Notes: generated from the letters alone by a model not told the origin. DNA of 60,606 nucleotides, filler included, from 4 parts of 4 records of this genome joined end to end with filler, not necessarily neighbours in it, one strand, 5' to 3'; shown: positions 29,290 through 39,051, numbered from the whole stretch's first letter. Translations and numbers: made by a program.

Positions 29290-29389
29290 NNNNNNNNNNN
29301 NNNNNNNNNNNNNNNNNNNNNNNNNNNNNNNNNTTAATTAATTAANNNNNNNNNNNNNNNNNNNNNNNNNNNNNNNNNNNNNNNNNNNN
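29290..29389. other. Artificial contig spacer (N44-TTAATTAATTAA-N44)
   Basis: N runs flank a six-frame stop linker, and base composition changes sharply across it. Confidence 0.98.
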
Positions 29390-29426
29390 TTCGTTTTGAC
29401 TTAAAAAAATATATAGGAGGTTAAGC

Positions 29427-31667
29427 ATGATTCACATCAACAAAGCAAAAAATGAGTTTCATCTACAAACAAAAAACACAAGTTATATCTTTAATATCCT
29501 AAGAGACAATCAATTAGGGCATCTATATTATGGTAAAAAAGTAAGGAATAGAGAGTCATTTGCGCATCTATTTAAGAAGCAACCAACACCATCATCTGTA
29601 TGTGAATTTCCTGATGATACTGATTTTGCTCTGGTTATTGTAAAGCAAGAGTATCCTTCATACGGAAAAGGTGATTTCAGACAACCTGCGTATCAAATCC
29701 TTCAGGAAAACGGGAGCAGAGTTACAGAGTTTAGATTTGATAGTTTCAAAACTTACAAAGGGAAAAACAAATTAAACGGTTTACCTTCAACATATGTAGA
29801 GCATGAAAATGAAGCTGAAACTATTGAAATTACTTTATTTGATAAATTATTAAATACATATCTGATTCTGACTTACACTGTATTCGAAGAACTGGATGCA
29901 ATCACTAGAAATGTAAAAATTATAAATAAAGGTTCTGAAAATCTGAATATAAAAAGAATTATGAGTATGTCAGTTGATATGTTCGATAGTAATTATGACA
30001 TGATTCAACTGTCAGGAGCATGGGGTAGAGAGAGAAATCTAAAGAGAAACCCACTAAGATCAGGCTTCCAGGGTGTAGAGAGTGCCAGAGGTACCAGTAG
30101 CCATGAGCAAAACCCGTTTATCGCTTTAGCAAAAAAAGATGCCAATGAGTTCCAAGGTGATGTATATGGATTTTCACTGGTTTATAGTGGAAACTTTCTA
30201 GCTCAGGTAGAGGTAGATCACTATGATGTAACAAGAGTTATCATGGGTATAAATCCATTTGAATTCAACTGGTTATTAGAATCAGGACAAGAGTTCCAAA
30301 CACCGGAAGCTGTAATGGTATATAGTGATAAAGGCCTTAACGGAATGAGCAATATTTATCATAATTTATATAGAAGCAGATTAGCTAAAGGTTACTGGAG
30401 AGACAAAGCAAGACCTGTACTTATCAACAACTGGGAAGCTACGTATATGGCATTCACTGAAGATAAATTACTCGCTATAGCTGACGAAGCAGTAAAAATG
30501 GGAATAGAACTATTTGTACTTGATGATGGTTGGTTCGGTAAAAGAGATACAGATCATACTTCTCTCGGCGACTGGTTTGTTTATGAAGAAAAACTACCTA
30601 AGGGAATAAAAGGAATCGCCGATAAAATTGTTGCTAAAGGATTAAAATTCGGACTATGGTTTGAACCGGAAATGGTATCAGAGAAAAGTGAACTTTATGA
30701 AAAGCATCCCGAATGGGCAATCCAAGTACCTAATAGAAAACTTAGCAGAGGTAGAAATCAGTTAGTGCTTGATTTCTCCAACAAAGAGTGTGTGGATTAT
30801 ATCTACGAAATGGTATCGAAAATACTAAGAGAATCACCTATCTCATATGTAAAATGGGATATGAACAGAAATATGAGTGAAGTTGGTTCAACGTGGCTTC
30901 CGGCTAACAGACAATCAGAAACAGCGCATAGATATATCCTGGGAGTATATGATCTATATGATAGATTAACATCTGAATTCCCGGAAATATTATTCGAATC
31001 ATGTGCCGGTGGTGGCGGAAGATTCGATCCGGGTATGCTTCATTATGCACCGCAAACATGGACAAGTGATGACAGTGATGCAATAGAGAGGCTTCACATC
31101 CAGTATGGAACTTCTCTGGTTTATCCGCTAAGCTCAATGGGGTGTCATGTATCAGAAGTCCCTAATCATCAGGTATCAAGAATAACTCCACTTGATACGA
31201 GAACAAATGTTGCTTACTTCGGAGCATTCGGTTATGAGCTGGATTCTACCAGAATGAGTGAAGAGGAGAAAGGCGCAGTAAAAGAGCATATCAAATATTA
31301 CAAAACAAACAGAGATTTACTACTGTTTGGTGATTTCATAAGACTCAAAGCACCACACGAAGGAAATGAAACATCATGGATGGTAGTTTCTAAAGATAAA
31401 AAAGAAGCTATACTTGGTTATTATAAAATTTTAAACAGACCGAATCAAGGTTTCACTAAGATCAATTTAAAAGGATTAGATCAAGATACTCTATATACAC
31501 TGAAACAAGTTCAAGGAAATCAGGAAACTAAACTTGGAGAGTTTTTCGGAGATGAGCTTATGAACATTGGTTATATTTTCGATCCTGACGTTAATGCTGA
31601 TTTCTCTACGGCACAACATGAGAGTAAGGATTTTCAGTCAAAATTATTAAAATTAACTGCTAAATAA
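29427..31667 (+). CDS. Alpha-galactosidase, glycoside hydrolase family 36
   Basis: INNWEATY, LFVLDDGWFG, FGLWFEPEMV, YVKWDMNR, ESCAGGGGRFD, WTSDDSDA. RBS AGGAGG. Confidence 0.95.
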   Translation: MIHINKAKNEFHLQTKNTSYIFNILRDNQLGHLYYGKKVRNRESFAHLFKKQPTPSSVCEFPDDTDFALVIVKQEYPSYGKGDFRQPAYQILQENGSRVTEFRFDSFKTYKGKNKLNGLPSTYVEHENEAETIEITLFDKLLNTYLILTYTVFEELDAITRNVKIINKGSENLNIKRIMSMSVDMFDSNYDMIQLSGAWGRERNLKRNPLRSGFQGVESARGTSSHEQNPFIALAKKDANEFQGDVYGFSLVYSGNFLAQVEVDHYDVTRVIMGINPFEFNWLLESGQEFQTPEAVMVYSDKGLNGMSNIYHNLYRSRLAKGYWRDKARPVLINNWEATYMAFTEDKLLAIADEAVKMGIELFVLDDGWFGKRDTDHTSLGDWFVYEEKLPKGIKGIADKIVAKGLKFGLWFEPEMVSEKSELYEKHPEWAIQVPNRKLSRGRNQLVLDFSNKECVDYIYEMVSKILRESPISYVKWDMNRNMSEVGSTWLPANRQSETAHRYILGVYDLYDRLTSEFPEILFESCAGGGGRFDPGMLHYAPQTWTSDDSDAIERLHIQYGTSLVYPLSSMGCHVSEVPNHQVSRITPLDTRTNVAYFGAFGYELDSTRMSEEEKGAVKEHIKYYKTNRDLLLFGDFIRLKAPHEGNETSWMVVSKDKKEAILGYYKILNRPNQGFTKINLKGLDQDTLYTLKQVQGNQETKLGEFFGDELMNIGYIFDPDVNADFSTAQHESKDFQSKLLKLTAK

Positions 31668-31678
31668 TTTTCGAATGA

Positions 31679-31708
31679 TTGACAGAAGTTTAATTTTTAT
31701 GATATCTT
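31679..31708 (+). promoter_or_regulatory. Putative sigma70 promoter for lacI
   Basis: TTGACA (31679-84), 18-nt spacer, extended -10 TGnTATCTT. Confidence 0.5.
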
Positions 31709-31819
31709 TTAGTATAAAATCAAAAGATTATAATCGCGACTTACGCAGTCGCCTTGCGTGAACCTTACGTTCGATCGCTTATAAAATCTATACTCGATGT
31801 AACGTAAAGTTGTCAGGGT

Positions 31820-31835
31820 GTGCTGATGTCAGCAC
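31820..31835. promoter_or_regulatory. Palindrome, candidate LacI-family operator
   Basis: GTGCTGA-TG-TCAGCAC, 34 nt upstream of the lacI start. Confidence 0.45.
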
Positions 31836-31869
31836 GGTTTCAAATTTTTAATCAAAAAGAGGACAAATC

Positions 31870-32919
31870 ATGAAAAGTGAAGATATCGCTAAGCTGGCAG
31901 GGGTTTCCAGAGGTACAGTCTCAAGAGTACTGAATAACAAACCTGATGTAGCTGAAAAAACAAGAAAAAAAATACAAGATATAATCGATGAATATGGATA
32001 TACTCCCAATTCTTCTGCTCAAAAACTGGCAGGTAAAAAGGTGAAGATTATTGGCTTTTTCGTTGCTGATTTCAAGAAATATCACAATAAAGAGGAAACA
32101 AAATTATGGCCTCATGAAGCTCCGTATTTCATTAGATTTATGACTACTCTGCTAGGAGAAGCTAAAGAGTATAAATATAAAACCTTGATTGATATTATAA
32201 CTACTAATAAAGAGTGCGCAGATATTGAAGCCTCTTTTAAAAGTGCTAATATCTCCGGTGCTATCTTTATGGGATTTGATGAAAATCATCCTCAAATTGA
32301 GAAATTGATAAAGAAGGGCTATAATATTGCTCTTATTGATCAGAATGAGTTTCATGACGGAAGTGAGAATTTGATCATTGCAAATGCAGATGATAGAAAA
32401 GGAGCATTTTTAGCTACTGAATATTTAATAAAAAAAGGTCATAAAAAAATAGTCCATGTAGCTGGAAATACTGCAAAAGTTTCTGCAAAACTTAGAATAG
32501 AAGGCTATAAAAAAGCCCTTGCTAAACACTCTATTGAAGAAAAACCTGAGTATCTTATCGATGGTTATTTCGGTGAAAAACAAGCATATGAAGCTGTAAA
32601 ACAGTTCCTAGAAAATAATAAAAATGATCTGCCAACTGCGATGTTTTTCGCCAGTGATATGATGACCGTTGGTGGTATCAAAGCTATAAAAGAAGCAGGT
32701 TTAAAGATAAAAGATGACATCTCCATTATCGGTTATGATGATTATCTATTCCCCGGTAGTTTTGAATTGCAGTTCAGTTCCATTAGAACTGAATTAGAGG
32801 AGATGGCTAAATTTTCCCTAAAAAACCTGATAAAAGCTATCGAACATGAGGATAATAAATCAGAGCTTATCGGTGGAGTTAAGCTAATAGAAAGAGACAG
32901 TGTAAAAATAATAAAATAA
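31870..32919 (+). CDS. LacI-family transcriptional regulator
   Basis: DIAKLAGVSRGTVSRVLN helix-turn-helix, GYTPN..A hinge, sugar-binding domain (DISIIGYDD). Confidence 0.95.
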   Translation: MKSEDIAKLAGVSRGTVSRVLNNKPDVAEKTRKKIQDIIDEYGYTPNSSAQKLAGKKVKIIGFFVADFKKYHNKEETKLWPHEAPYFIRFMTTLLGEAKEYKYKTLIDIITTNKECADIEASFKSANISGAIFMGFDENHPQIEKLIKKGYNIALIDQNEFHDGSENLIIANADDRKGAFLATEYLIKKGHKKIVHVAGNTAKVSAKLRIEGYKKALAKHSIEEKPEYLIDGYFGEKQAYEAVKQFLENNKNDLPTAMFFASDMMTVGGIKAIKEAGLKIKDDISIIGYDDYLFPGSFELQFSSIRTELEEMAKFSLKNLIKAIEHEDNKSELIGGVKLIERDSVKIIK

Positions 32920-32986
32920 AGATGCAGATAAGAAAGTATATTCTTAGTAAAATCACTTTTTTATCTGCAATATTTTCCATATTTCT

Positions 32987-33000
32987 CGTACGCGTGTACG
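32987..33000. promoter_or_regulatory. Palindrome upstream of SemiSWEET, candidate operator
   Basis: CGTAC-GCGT-GTACG, GC-rich within an AT-rich intergenic region. Confidence 0.4.
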
Positions 33001-33032
33001 GGATTTTAATAAGTTCAATAAGGAGCAATAAA

Positions 33033-33281
33033 ATGATACAAGTAATAGGATACGCAGCTGCAATGCTGACAACATTATCGTTTTTACCACAAGCGATTAA
33101 AACAATAAAAGATAAAGATACTAAGTCTATCTCATTATCTATGTACTCGATGTTTTCATTAGGAGTACTGTTCTGGTTAATTTATGGAATAGCAAAAGTT
33201 GATATTCCATTATTAACAGCAAATTTAGTTACATTGATTTTTGCCTGTACAATTTTAGTTTTAAAGATTAAATATAAGTAA
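33033..33281 (+). CDS. SemiSWEET (PQ-loop) sugar transporter
   Basis: IGYAAAMLTTLSFLPQAIK..DTKSISL..WLIYG..AN. ATG 33033 has RBS AAGGAG (the ORF track's 32922 start is probably too long). Confidence 0.9.
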   Translation: MIQVIGYAAAMLTTLSFLPQAIKTIKDKDTKSISLSMYSMFSLGVLFWLIYGIAKVDIPLLTANLVTLIFACTILVLKIKYK

Positions 33282-33357
33282 TACACAAACGGATGATATT
33301 ATAGAATATTTATCCCTATATAATTTCTGACTATTTTAATAATTTTTCAAAAAAGGG

Positions 33358-33386
33358 TTGAAATTATATCTAATTAGATGTATAAT
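33358..33386 (+). promoter_or_regulatory. Sigma70 promoter with an operator in its spacer
   Basis: TTGAAA-17 nt-TATAAT. The spacer contains the ATATCTAATTAGAT palindrome. Confidence 0.75.
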
Positions 33387-33490
33387 CAATTTGTAAAGAA
33401 TAAAAGCGCTTTTTAAAAAATATATATTTTAAAAATTTTAATAAAACTAAAAATTAATTTGGAGCTGTATATGCTCCAATTCTTAAAACA

Positions 33491-33514
33491 GAATATATCT
33501 AATTAGATATATTC
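33491..33514. promoter_or_regulatory. Perfect 24-bp palindrome (second operator copy)
   Basis: GAATATATCTAATTAGATATATTC, with the same core as the copy at 33366-33379. Confidence 0.75.
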
Positions 33515-33579
33515 TAAAGATTTTATAATTTAGAATAATTATAAGGAACTAATAAATTTAATACAAGGAGGAAAAGAAA

Positions 33580-34173
33580 ATGGAAAAAGTATTATATATC
33601 AAAGCTAATTTTAAAGGTGAAGAAGATTCATATACACTTAAATTAGGAAGAAAATTTATAGAGGAATACAAAACTAAAAATCCTAATGCTGAAATTAAGG
33701 AGATGGATCTATATCAAGAGGATTTAGGACATCTTGACGGTGAAAGAATAGGTAAAGTATTCTCAGCCGAATCAAATGAACTAACAAAATATGCGGAGGA
33801 GTTCATAGATTTTGACAAATATGTAATCGCTGCACCTATGTGGAATCTATCAATTCCATCTATTTTAAAGACATATATTGATCATATCGTAGTGGCAGGT
33901 AAAACGTTCAAATATACAGAACAAGGTCCTGTAGGTTTATTAGAAAATAAAAAAGCAGTTCATATTACAGCAAGAGGCGGAGTTTATACTCAGGGACCGG
34001 GAGCCGATTACGAAATGGGTGACAGATACCTTAGAACTATTTTAGGATTCTTGGGAGTACAAAATTTCGAAACTTTAGCTTTTGAACAAACTGCAATGTA
34101 TGCTCCTAATCAAGTTAATGAGTTGTTAGAAAAAAAATATGAAGAAGCCAAAGAATTAAGTGAAGAGTTTTAA
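33580..34173 (+). CDS. azoR: FMN-dependent NADH-azoreductase
   Basis: PMWNLSIP..LKTYID, GKTFKYTEQGPVGL, ARGGVY, YLRTILGFLG. Confidence 0.92.
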   Translation: MEKVLYIKANFKGEEDSYTLKLGRKFIEEYKTKNPNAEIKEMDLYQEDLGHLDGERIGKVFSAESNELTKYAEEFIDFDKYVIAAPMWNLSIPSILKTYIDHIVVAGKTFKYTEQGPVGLLENKKAVHITARGGVYTQGPGADYEMGDRYLRTILGFLGVQNFETLAFEQTAMYAPNQVNELLEKKYEEAKELSEEF

Positions 34174-34202
34174 ACAGACATAATTTAGAGAGGTGAATTG
34201 AT

Positions 34203-35018
34203 ATGAATAAAAAATTAGGTCAGGTTCTCTTTTTACCTCACGGCGGAGGACCTATGCCATTATTAAATGATCCTGATCATGAGAAATTAACTAAATTCAT
34301 GAAGGAGATACCTGATAAACTGCGAAAACCATCAGCTATTGTCGTGATAAGCGCACATTGGGAAGAGAGAGTTCCAACAGTTACAGCTGCCAATTTCCCT
34401 GAGATGATTTATGATTATTCAGGTTTTCCCCCTGAAACATACAGTATAAAATACCCTGCTCCGGGAAATCCTGACTTAGCTGATAGAATAGTTAATCTTT
34501 TTAGTAAACATAATATTTTAGCGGAAAAAGATAATAAAAGAGGATATGATCATGGTGTTTTTGTCCCTCTTCTGTTAATGTACCCGGATGCAGATATTCC
34601 TGTTATTCAAATATCTCAAAAGAGAGATTTAAATCCACAGGATCATATAAATATGGGAAAGGCAATCTCAAAATTAATGGAAGAGAATATTTTGATTATT
34701 GGTTCTGGTCTTTCATTTCACAACATGCGAGAATTTTTCTACCGATCAGATGAATCAAATCAAAAAGCTGAAGAATTTAATAATTGGTTGATTGATACAC
34801 TAACTAATAATAGTTTATCTGAAGAAGAGAGAGAAAACAGACTAGTAAATTGGAAAGATGCACCATATGCAAGATTCGCTCACCCGAGGGAAGAGCATCT
34901 GTTGCCTATTCATGTACTATTTGGTGTTGCTACAGCTAATAATTTCAGAGCTGAATTAGTCTTCAATGATATAGCAGTTGGTAAAAAAGTATCAGCATTC
35001 CTATGGAGTGAAGAGTAA
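34203..35018 (+). CDS. Class III extradiol ring-cleavage dioxygenase (LigB/DODA, YgiD-like)
   Basis: HGGGP, ISAHWE, YDYSGFP, RGYDHGVFVPL, GSGLSFHN, AHPREEHLLP. Confidence 0.92.
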   Translation: MNKKLGQVLFLPHGGGPMPLLNDPDHEKLTKFMKEIPDKLRKPSAIVVISAHWEERVPTVTAANFPEMIYDYSGFPPETYSIKYPAPGNPDLADRIVNLFSKHNILAEKDNKRGYDHGVFVPLLLMYPDADIPVIQISQKRDLNPQDHINMGKAISKLMEENILIIGSGLSFHNMREFFYRSDESNQKAEEFNNWLIDTLTNNSLSEEERENRLVNWKDAPYARFAHPREEHLLPIHVLFGVATANNFRAELVFNDIAVGKKVSAFLWSEE

Positions 35019-35123
35019 AAAAAATTGCGAATTATAATCTTTTGAAGTTAAGAAAGCCAACCTCTTTCCTTTTAGCGGTTTCTCCCTAGAGAGATTTTAA
35101 AATTCGAAAATATCATCGGGTTA

Positions 35124-35223
35124 NNNNNNNNNNNNNNNNNNNNNNNNNNNNNNNNNNNNNNNNNNNNTTAATTAATTAANNNNNNNNNNNNNNNNNNNNN
35201 NNNNNNNNNNNNNNNNNNNNNNN
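35124..35223. other. Artificial contig spacer
   Basis: N44-TTAATTAATTAA-N44. Confidence 0.98.
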
Positions 35224-35309
35224 TAAGGCCTTCGCTCTATCGCCGCAACGTTACAGGCAAGGCTACCACTACTAAACGATATTACTATAAAACAAAAAGC
35301 CACCCCACA

Positions 35310-35674
35310 TTACACACTTGCAAAATAGCAAGAGTGTAATTTTGCGATTGCACACGAAAGTAACTTAACATTGCGTGCTATGATTTTATTTCTATTTTTG
35401 TATTCAAATTGATTAAATACAAATACGTTATCTTTCGGGCTCTTAACCAATGTGCCTTTCTCAAAAACCAGAGACTCATCTCTGACATGCACAGTTGGTG
35501 TGCCCTCCAACACAGAAAATGTAACATCCACCGGTGTTTTATGCGGTTTCAATGATTCGCCCGGTTGTAAGGTAATGTGCATAATTTGCGCTGTTGCATC
35601 ATTGTACAACTGCGCACATCAAGTTTATGCGGTGTTTCTTTAATTGGTTCGGTTTGATAGTTTCTTGAAATCAT
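35310..35674 (-). pseudogene. Cupin-domain protein, frameshifted and apparently C-terminally disrupted
   Basis: ATG at 35674 gives MISRNYQTEPIKETPHKLDVR. After a 1-nt loss at about 35610 it continues LYNDATAQIMHITLQPGESLKPHKTPVDV..VLEG. Cupin-like sequence ends near SPKDN. Confidence 0.65.
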
Positions 35675-35700
35675 TTTGTTTAAATCTTAAGGGTCATAAA

Positions 35701-36219
35701 TTATTTTCTGAAATAAATCCAGTATTCCTCTGCACTTTTTTTATCGAGCCAGTGTTGATATTTCATACTTACAGACTTATCAATAAGTGGTGTCGGGATA
35801 AATGGAGCTATAACTTTCAGTATTTCATTATCTTTGAGATTTTTAATTGCCGACATTACTTCATGTACCGGTTGTTCGCCCGCATTAAGCATTTCCCTGA
35901 TGTCGTTGGTATTTGAAATCTGGTTTTCATTGTACCAGCCGGGTTTTTCTATTGTGTAAGTTTCACCTTCCCCTTCTATGGTATCGGTAGTTGTTTGTCC
36001 AACTTCAGCGCGGAGCTTACTCACCATTTCTTCTACTTTCAGTCCACCTATTATTGCAGCCTGACTTAAAGTAGTAATTTTAGTGATTGTGTTGCGTAAA
36101 ACCGGATTTTTTAATTTTTTGAATGGCGGAGCCAATGCAACAAGCAAATCTTCTAACTGAGGATACGCCTTCAGTAAATCAAATATTTTGGTTTTTGGAG
36201 TTATGATTAATTTGTCCAT
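35701..36219 (-). CDS. DUF1858-domain protein
   Basis: ITPKTKIFDLLKAYPQLED...FKKLKNPVLR, C-terminal APFIPTPLID. Adjacent to the DUF438 gene. Confidence 0.75.
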   Translation of the reverse strand: MDKLIITPKTKIFDLLKAYPQLEDLLVALAPPFKKLKNPVLRNTITKITTLSQAAIIGGLKVEEMVSKLRAEVGQTTTDTIEGEGETYTIEKPGWYNENQISNTNDIREMLNAGEQPVHEVMSAIKNLKDNEILKVIAPFIPTPLIDKSVSMKYQHWLDKKSAEEYWIYFRK

Positions 36220-36222
36220 TAT

Positions 36223-37461
36223 TTATTCTTTTACGGTATATGATAAAATTCTTTTTTCTCCTTCGAGCGCCCTGTTTTCAGTCAGATCTTGGGAAACCTC
36301 AAGCGTGCCGAGGTACTCACCATTTTCATCGCGCAAGGCATAGTATTCAATTTTTATAAATTTACCTTTCATCTGTATCCAGAAAGGGGCATGAGAGGCT
36401 TTGCCCGATTTAAAATCTTCAAGTATTTTTTCTACGATATGCGTGCTGCCGGGAGGGTGGCAAAGGCGCACATCGCGATTGATTATGGATCGGCTCCTGG
36501 CAAAGATGCGCTCATTGCCTTGTGTGAAATATTTTACTTTATCGTTTTTATCCACAAAGGTCATGTCAAAAGGAGCTGTATTGAAAATGGCCATTATTTC
36601 TTTCGCGGTAAAGCTTCCTGACGGCAGTTGAATACTACCATCGGCAGTTAGTTCTGTTTTCTCCTCCTCTTCTTCTATTCCTTCGGGTTTCCACTCAACT
36701 TGCGGATCGTACAGGCAAAAACCGAACTCAAGTGTTTGTTTTTGAATACTCCACCATTCTTCAACTGTAATTACATCCATACTCATCGGGAAAAGAATCT
36801 CTTCCTCTTTCTGCACCATGTCAATCACTGCCTGAAGTACCGGATAAAAAAGTAAATCTAACGAATCAGACAAATCATTTCGGGTAAGTTCTTTTTCATT
36901 TAATATTTCAATGCAACCTTTTAACTGGTCTCTTATTTCATCGTGTTTACCCCACATCACCTTGGGTGGTCCGGTAATTTCATTTTTTTCTAAGTAAGGA
37001 AAAACAAGGTATTCTTTACGTTGATAGTGTTTATCAACATCCATTAGCTGGTTAAAACAGCCTTGCAGTACCAAAATATATTGACCAAATTCATTTTTGC
37101 CCAGTTCACTCAGCCCATCAAGCAGAGCCATTGCCTTTTCTGCCACTTTTTTCAGTTCAATATTTTCTTTTTTGAAAATATCGACCGGATGGCCTTCGGG
37201 TATCTCCATTGCATTGGACAGGTCTACATTGCCTTCTAAAACAGAACCATGTATGTCGCACAATTTCAATACTTCCGATTCAGGAAGTCCTTCCTGGATT
37301 AGTTCTTGTTCAACTTCAACCACTTCACCATAAGGAATGCTTTTTAACGATTCCATGAGTTGCCGGCGCACAGTGTCAGCCGATTCGCCTTCGTGTAATT
37401 TGAGAATAAGTGCTTTTAAGCGTTCTTTTCTGTCTCGAGAGTTATTGATTAATTCACTCAT
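36223..37461 (-). CDS. DUF438 / hemerythrin / PAS-domain protein
   Basis: EQELI.EG..EVLKLCDIH, GHPV..F..EN, HYQRKE, VMWGKHD, KEE.ILFP, C-terminal TFVD..CHPP PAS region. Confidence 0.85.
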   Translation of the reverse strand: MSELINNSRDRKERLKALILKLHEGESADTVRRQLMESLKSIPYGEVVEVEQELIQEGLPESEVLKLCDIHGSVLEGNVDLSNAMEIPEGHPVDIFKKENIELKKVAEKAMALLDGLSELGKNEFGQYILVLQGCFNQLMDVDKHYQRKEYLVFPYLEKNEITGPPKVMWGKHDEIRDQLKGCIEILNEKELTRNDLSDSLDLLFYPVLQAVIDMVQKEEEILFPMSMDVITVEEWWSIQKQTLEFGFCLYDPQVEWKPEGIEEEEEKTELTADGSIQLPSGSFTAKEIMAIFNTAPFDMTFVDKNDKVKYFTQGNERIFARSRSIINRDVRLCHPPGSTHIVEKILEDFKSGKASHAPFWIQMKGKFIKIEYYALRDENGEYLGTLEVSQDLTENRALEGEKRILSYTVKE

Positions 37462-37500
37462 GATTATATTTTTTTGTTTGTTTTTTAAAATTACAAAAAA

Positions 37501-39048
37501 TTAGCTTCTCTGGGGTATTCTAAACCGCCTTCTCCACAGTAAATATCCACTTAGCACAACCATAATCGCTATTAAACTCGAAAGTGGGACTAGCAGGATG
37601 TAGAAATGACCCAGCAAAAATCCGAAAAACCGTCCGGTATGAATTTCAAGTGAAAGGTTCCATAGCGACATGCCCGAGTTTTTTATTATATGCTCTGGCA
37701 TAGATGGGAATTCTTCTTTATGGTACAGCGGTATGGCGCCTTTGTCATAATCGATCATGTATTGCCTGCCATCAGGTCTTTTAATTAACCCGGTAATTTT
37801 AAAGTCCCCAATAGGACGGCCTCCTGCGCTGCCTCTGTATAGCCTGCCTTGTGCAAAATTGTATATTTCGGAATGCGAGGGATGCCATAAAAACAATCCG
37901 CTAAATGACCCAATCAAATACGCGCCTCCTTTATATGGCTCCAGTACATTGATTCCCATTACACTCACGGGTGGTTGTACAGGAAATGCTTTCGGCGCCA
38001 ACGCTTCTTTGTCCATATAAAACATTCCCTCTGATGTAGATAGCAGAAACTTCTCCCTTTCGGTATCGTATCTTAAATCACGTAACTTATCGTACCACGG
38101 ATTGGGCTGGTCGAGATGTGAATACTTAATGGGGCTGGTTTTGGTACTTGCAATAGCAATTAACAATGGCGGACGTAAAAACATGCCTGTAAAATACAGC
38201 AGAATTAAAAAACCAAAAATCCAGGTACCTGTTTTGTTGTGCCATTTGAGCGACCATCGGTTGGTTTTCACCAATTGGGTTACATTTTTCTGTTTTCGTT
38301 TTCTTTTCTTAATCCACCCGGGGAAAAAAAAGTAGATGATGCCGGTTATAGATAAAAAAATAGTGATAAACCCTAATCCATCAACGAATAATTTTCCGGG
38401 CAACCCAAAAATTTCGCCCGAGTGTATTTGCCAAATGGTTTCAAATAGTGAAACTTCCTGCTTGTAATGAGCCGGTTGTTCAAGTTCAATTTTTTGAAAG
38501 TGTGAGTTTGTTCCGTCTGATTTGCCTTTAAATAGATATGAGCGATTGAGTACGTAAAGTGTATCACCAATATTTTCAACAGTCACAAAACGCTTAATAT
38601 CAACGTCTAAGTCAATATTCTCCCATTTTAATTGACTGGTATCCAGCGCGTAAAAGCCAAGTTGCGTGGCTGCATACAAATTTCCATCATTTGCTCGGTG
38701 CAGGTCGAATACTTTGCGGTTATCGGTGCCCGTTGGGAATCCGTTGTTGAACGGGCGATAATCTTTAAATGTTGAATCTGTAACCCAAACACCGATATTG
38801 CCAAATACAAGAATACTGTCGTTATTAATTGTAAGGTTACCTTTTAACGCGCTGTTGTTCCAGTTTTTATAATGATATTCTTCGGGGAGGCTGTTACGGT
38901 TCACATCTACACCAGAAATTAATTCCCTGTGGTTCATTAAAATACCGGTAACTGCATAATAGAGCAAAAGGAATGCAATAATGAGCCCTGGCCACTTATG
39001 TAGCTTTTTATAAAATTTGCCTCGAATTGTTCGATGTTTTTTTAGAAT
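37501..39048 (-). CDS. PepSY-associated TM domain protein (iron-regulated membrane protein-like); start codon uncertain
   Basis: LHKWPGLI, IHSGEIFG, LKWHNK, IHTGRFF His-containing TM motifs. The frame is open up to 39051 with no ATG before the conserved N-terminal motif. The candidate start is ATT at 39048. Confidence 0.75.
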   Translation of the reverse strand: MLKKHRTIRGKFYKKLHKWPGLIIAFLLLYYAVTGILMNHRELISGVDVNRNSLPEEYHYKNWNNSALKGNLTINNDSILVFGNIGVWVTDSTFKDYRPFNNGFPTGTDNRKVFDLHRANDGNLYAATQLGFYALDTSQLKWENIDLDVDIKRFVTVENIGDTLYVLNRSYLFKGKSDGTNSHFQKIELEQPAHYKQEVSLFETIWQIHSGEIFGLPGKLFVDGLGFITIFLSITGIIYFFFPGWIKKRKRKQKNVTQLVKTNRWSLKWHNKTGTWIFGFLILLYFTGMFLRPPLLIAIASTKTSPIKYSHLDQPNPWYDKLRDLRYDTEREKFLLSTSEGMFYMDKEALAPKAFPVQPPVSVMGINVLEPYKGGAYLIGSFSGLFLWHPSHSEIYNFAQGRLYRGSAGGRPIGDFKITGLIKRPDGRQYMIDYDKGAIPLYHKEEFPSMPEHIIKNSGMSLWNLSLEIHTGRFFGFLLGHFYILLVPLSSLIAIMVVLSGYLLWRRRFRIPQRS

Positions 39049-39051
39049 AGC

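Noticed and set aside
29334-29345. TTAATTAATTAA as a biological repeat or att site (also in the other two spacers)
   Set aside because: It is always embedded in N44 runs and is a six-frame stop linker added during sequence concatenation.
32922-33032. N-terminal extension of the SemiSWEET (119-aa ORF)
   Set aside because: The family length is about 85 aa and a strong RBS precedes ATG 33033. The extension overlaps a probable regulatory palindrome.
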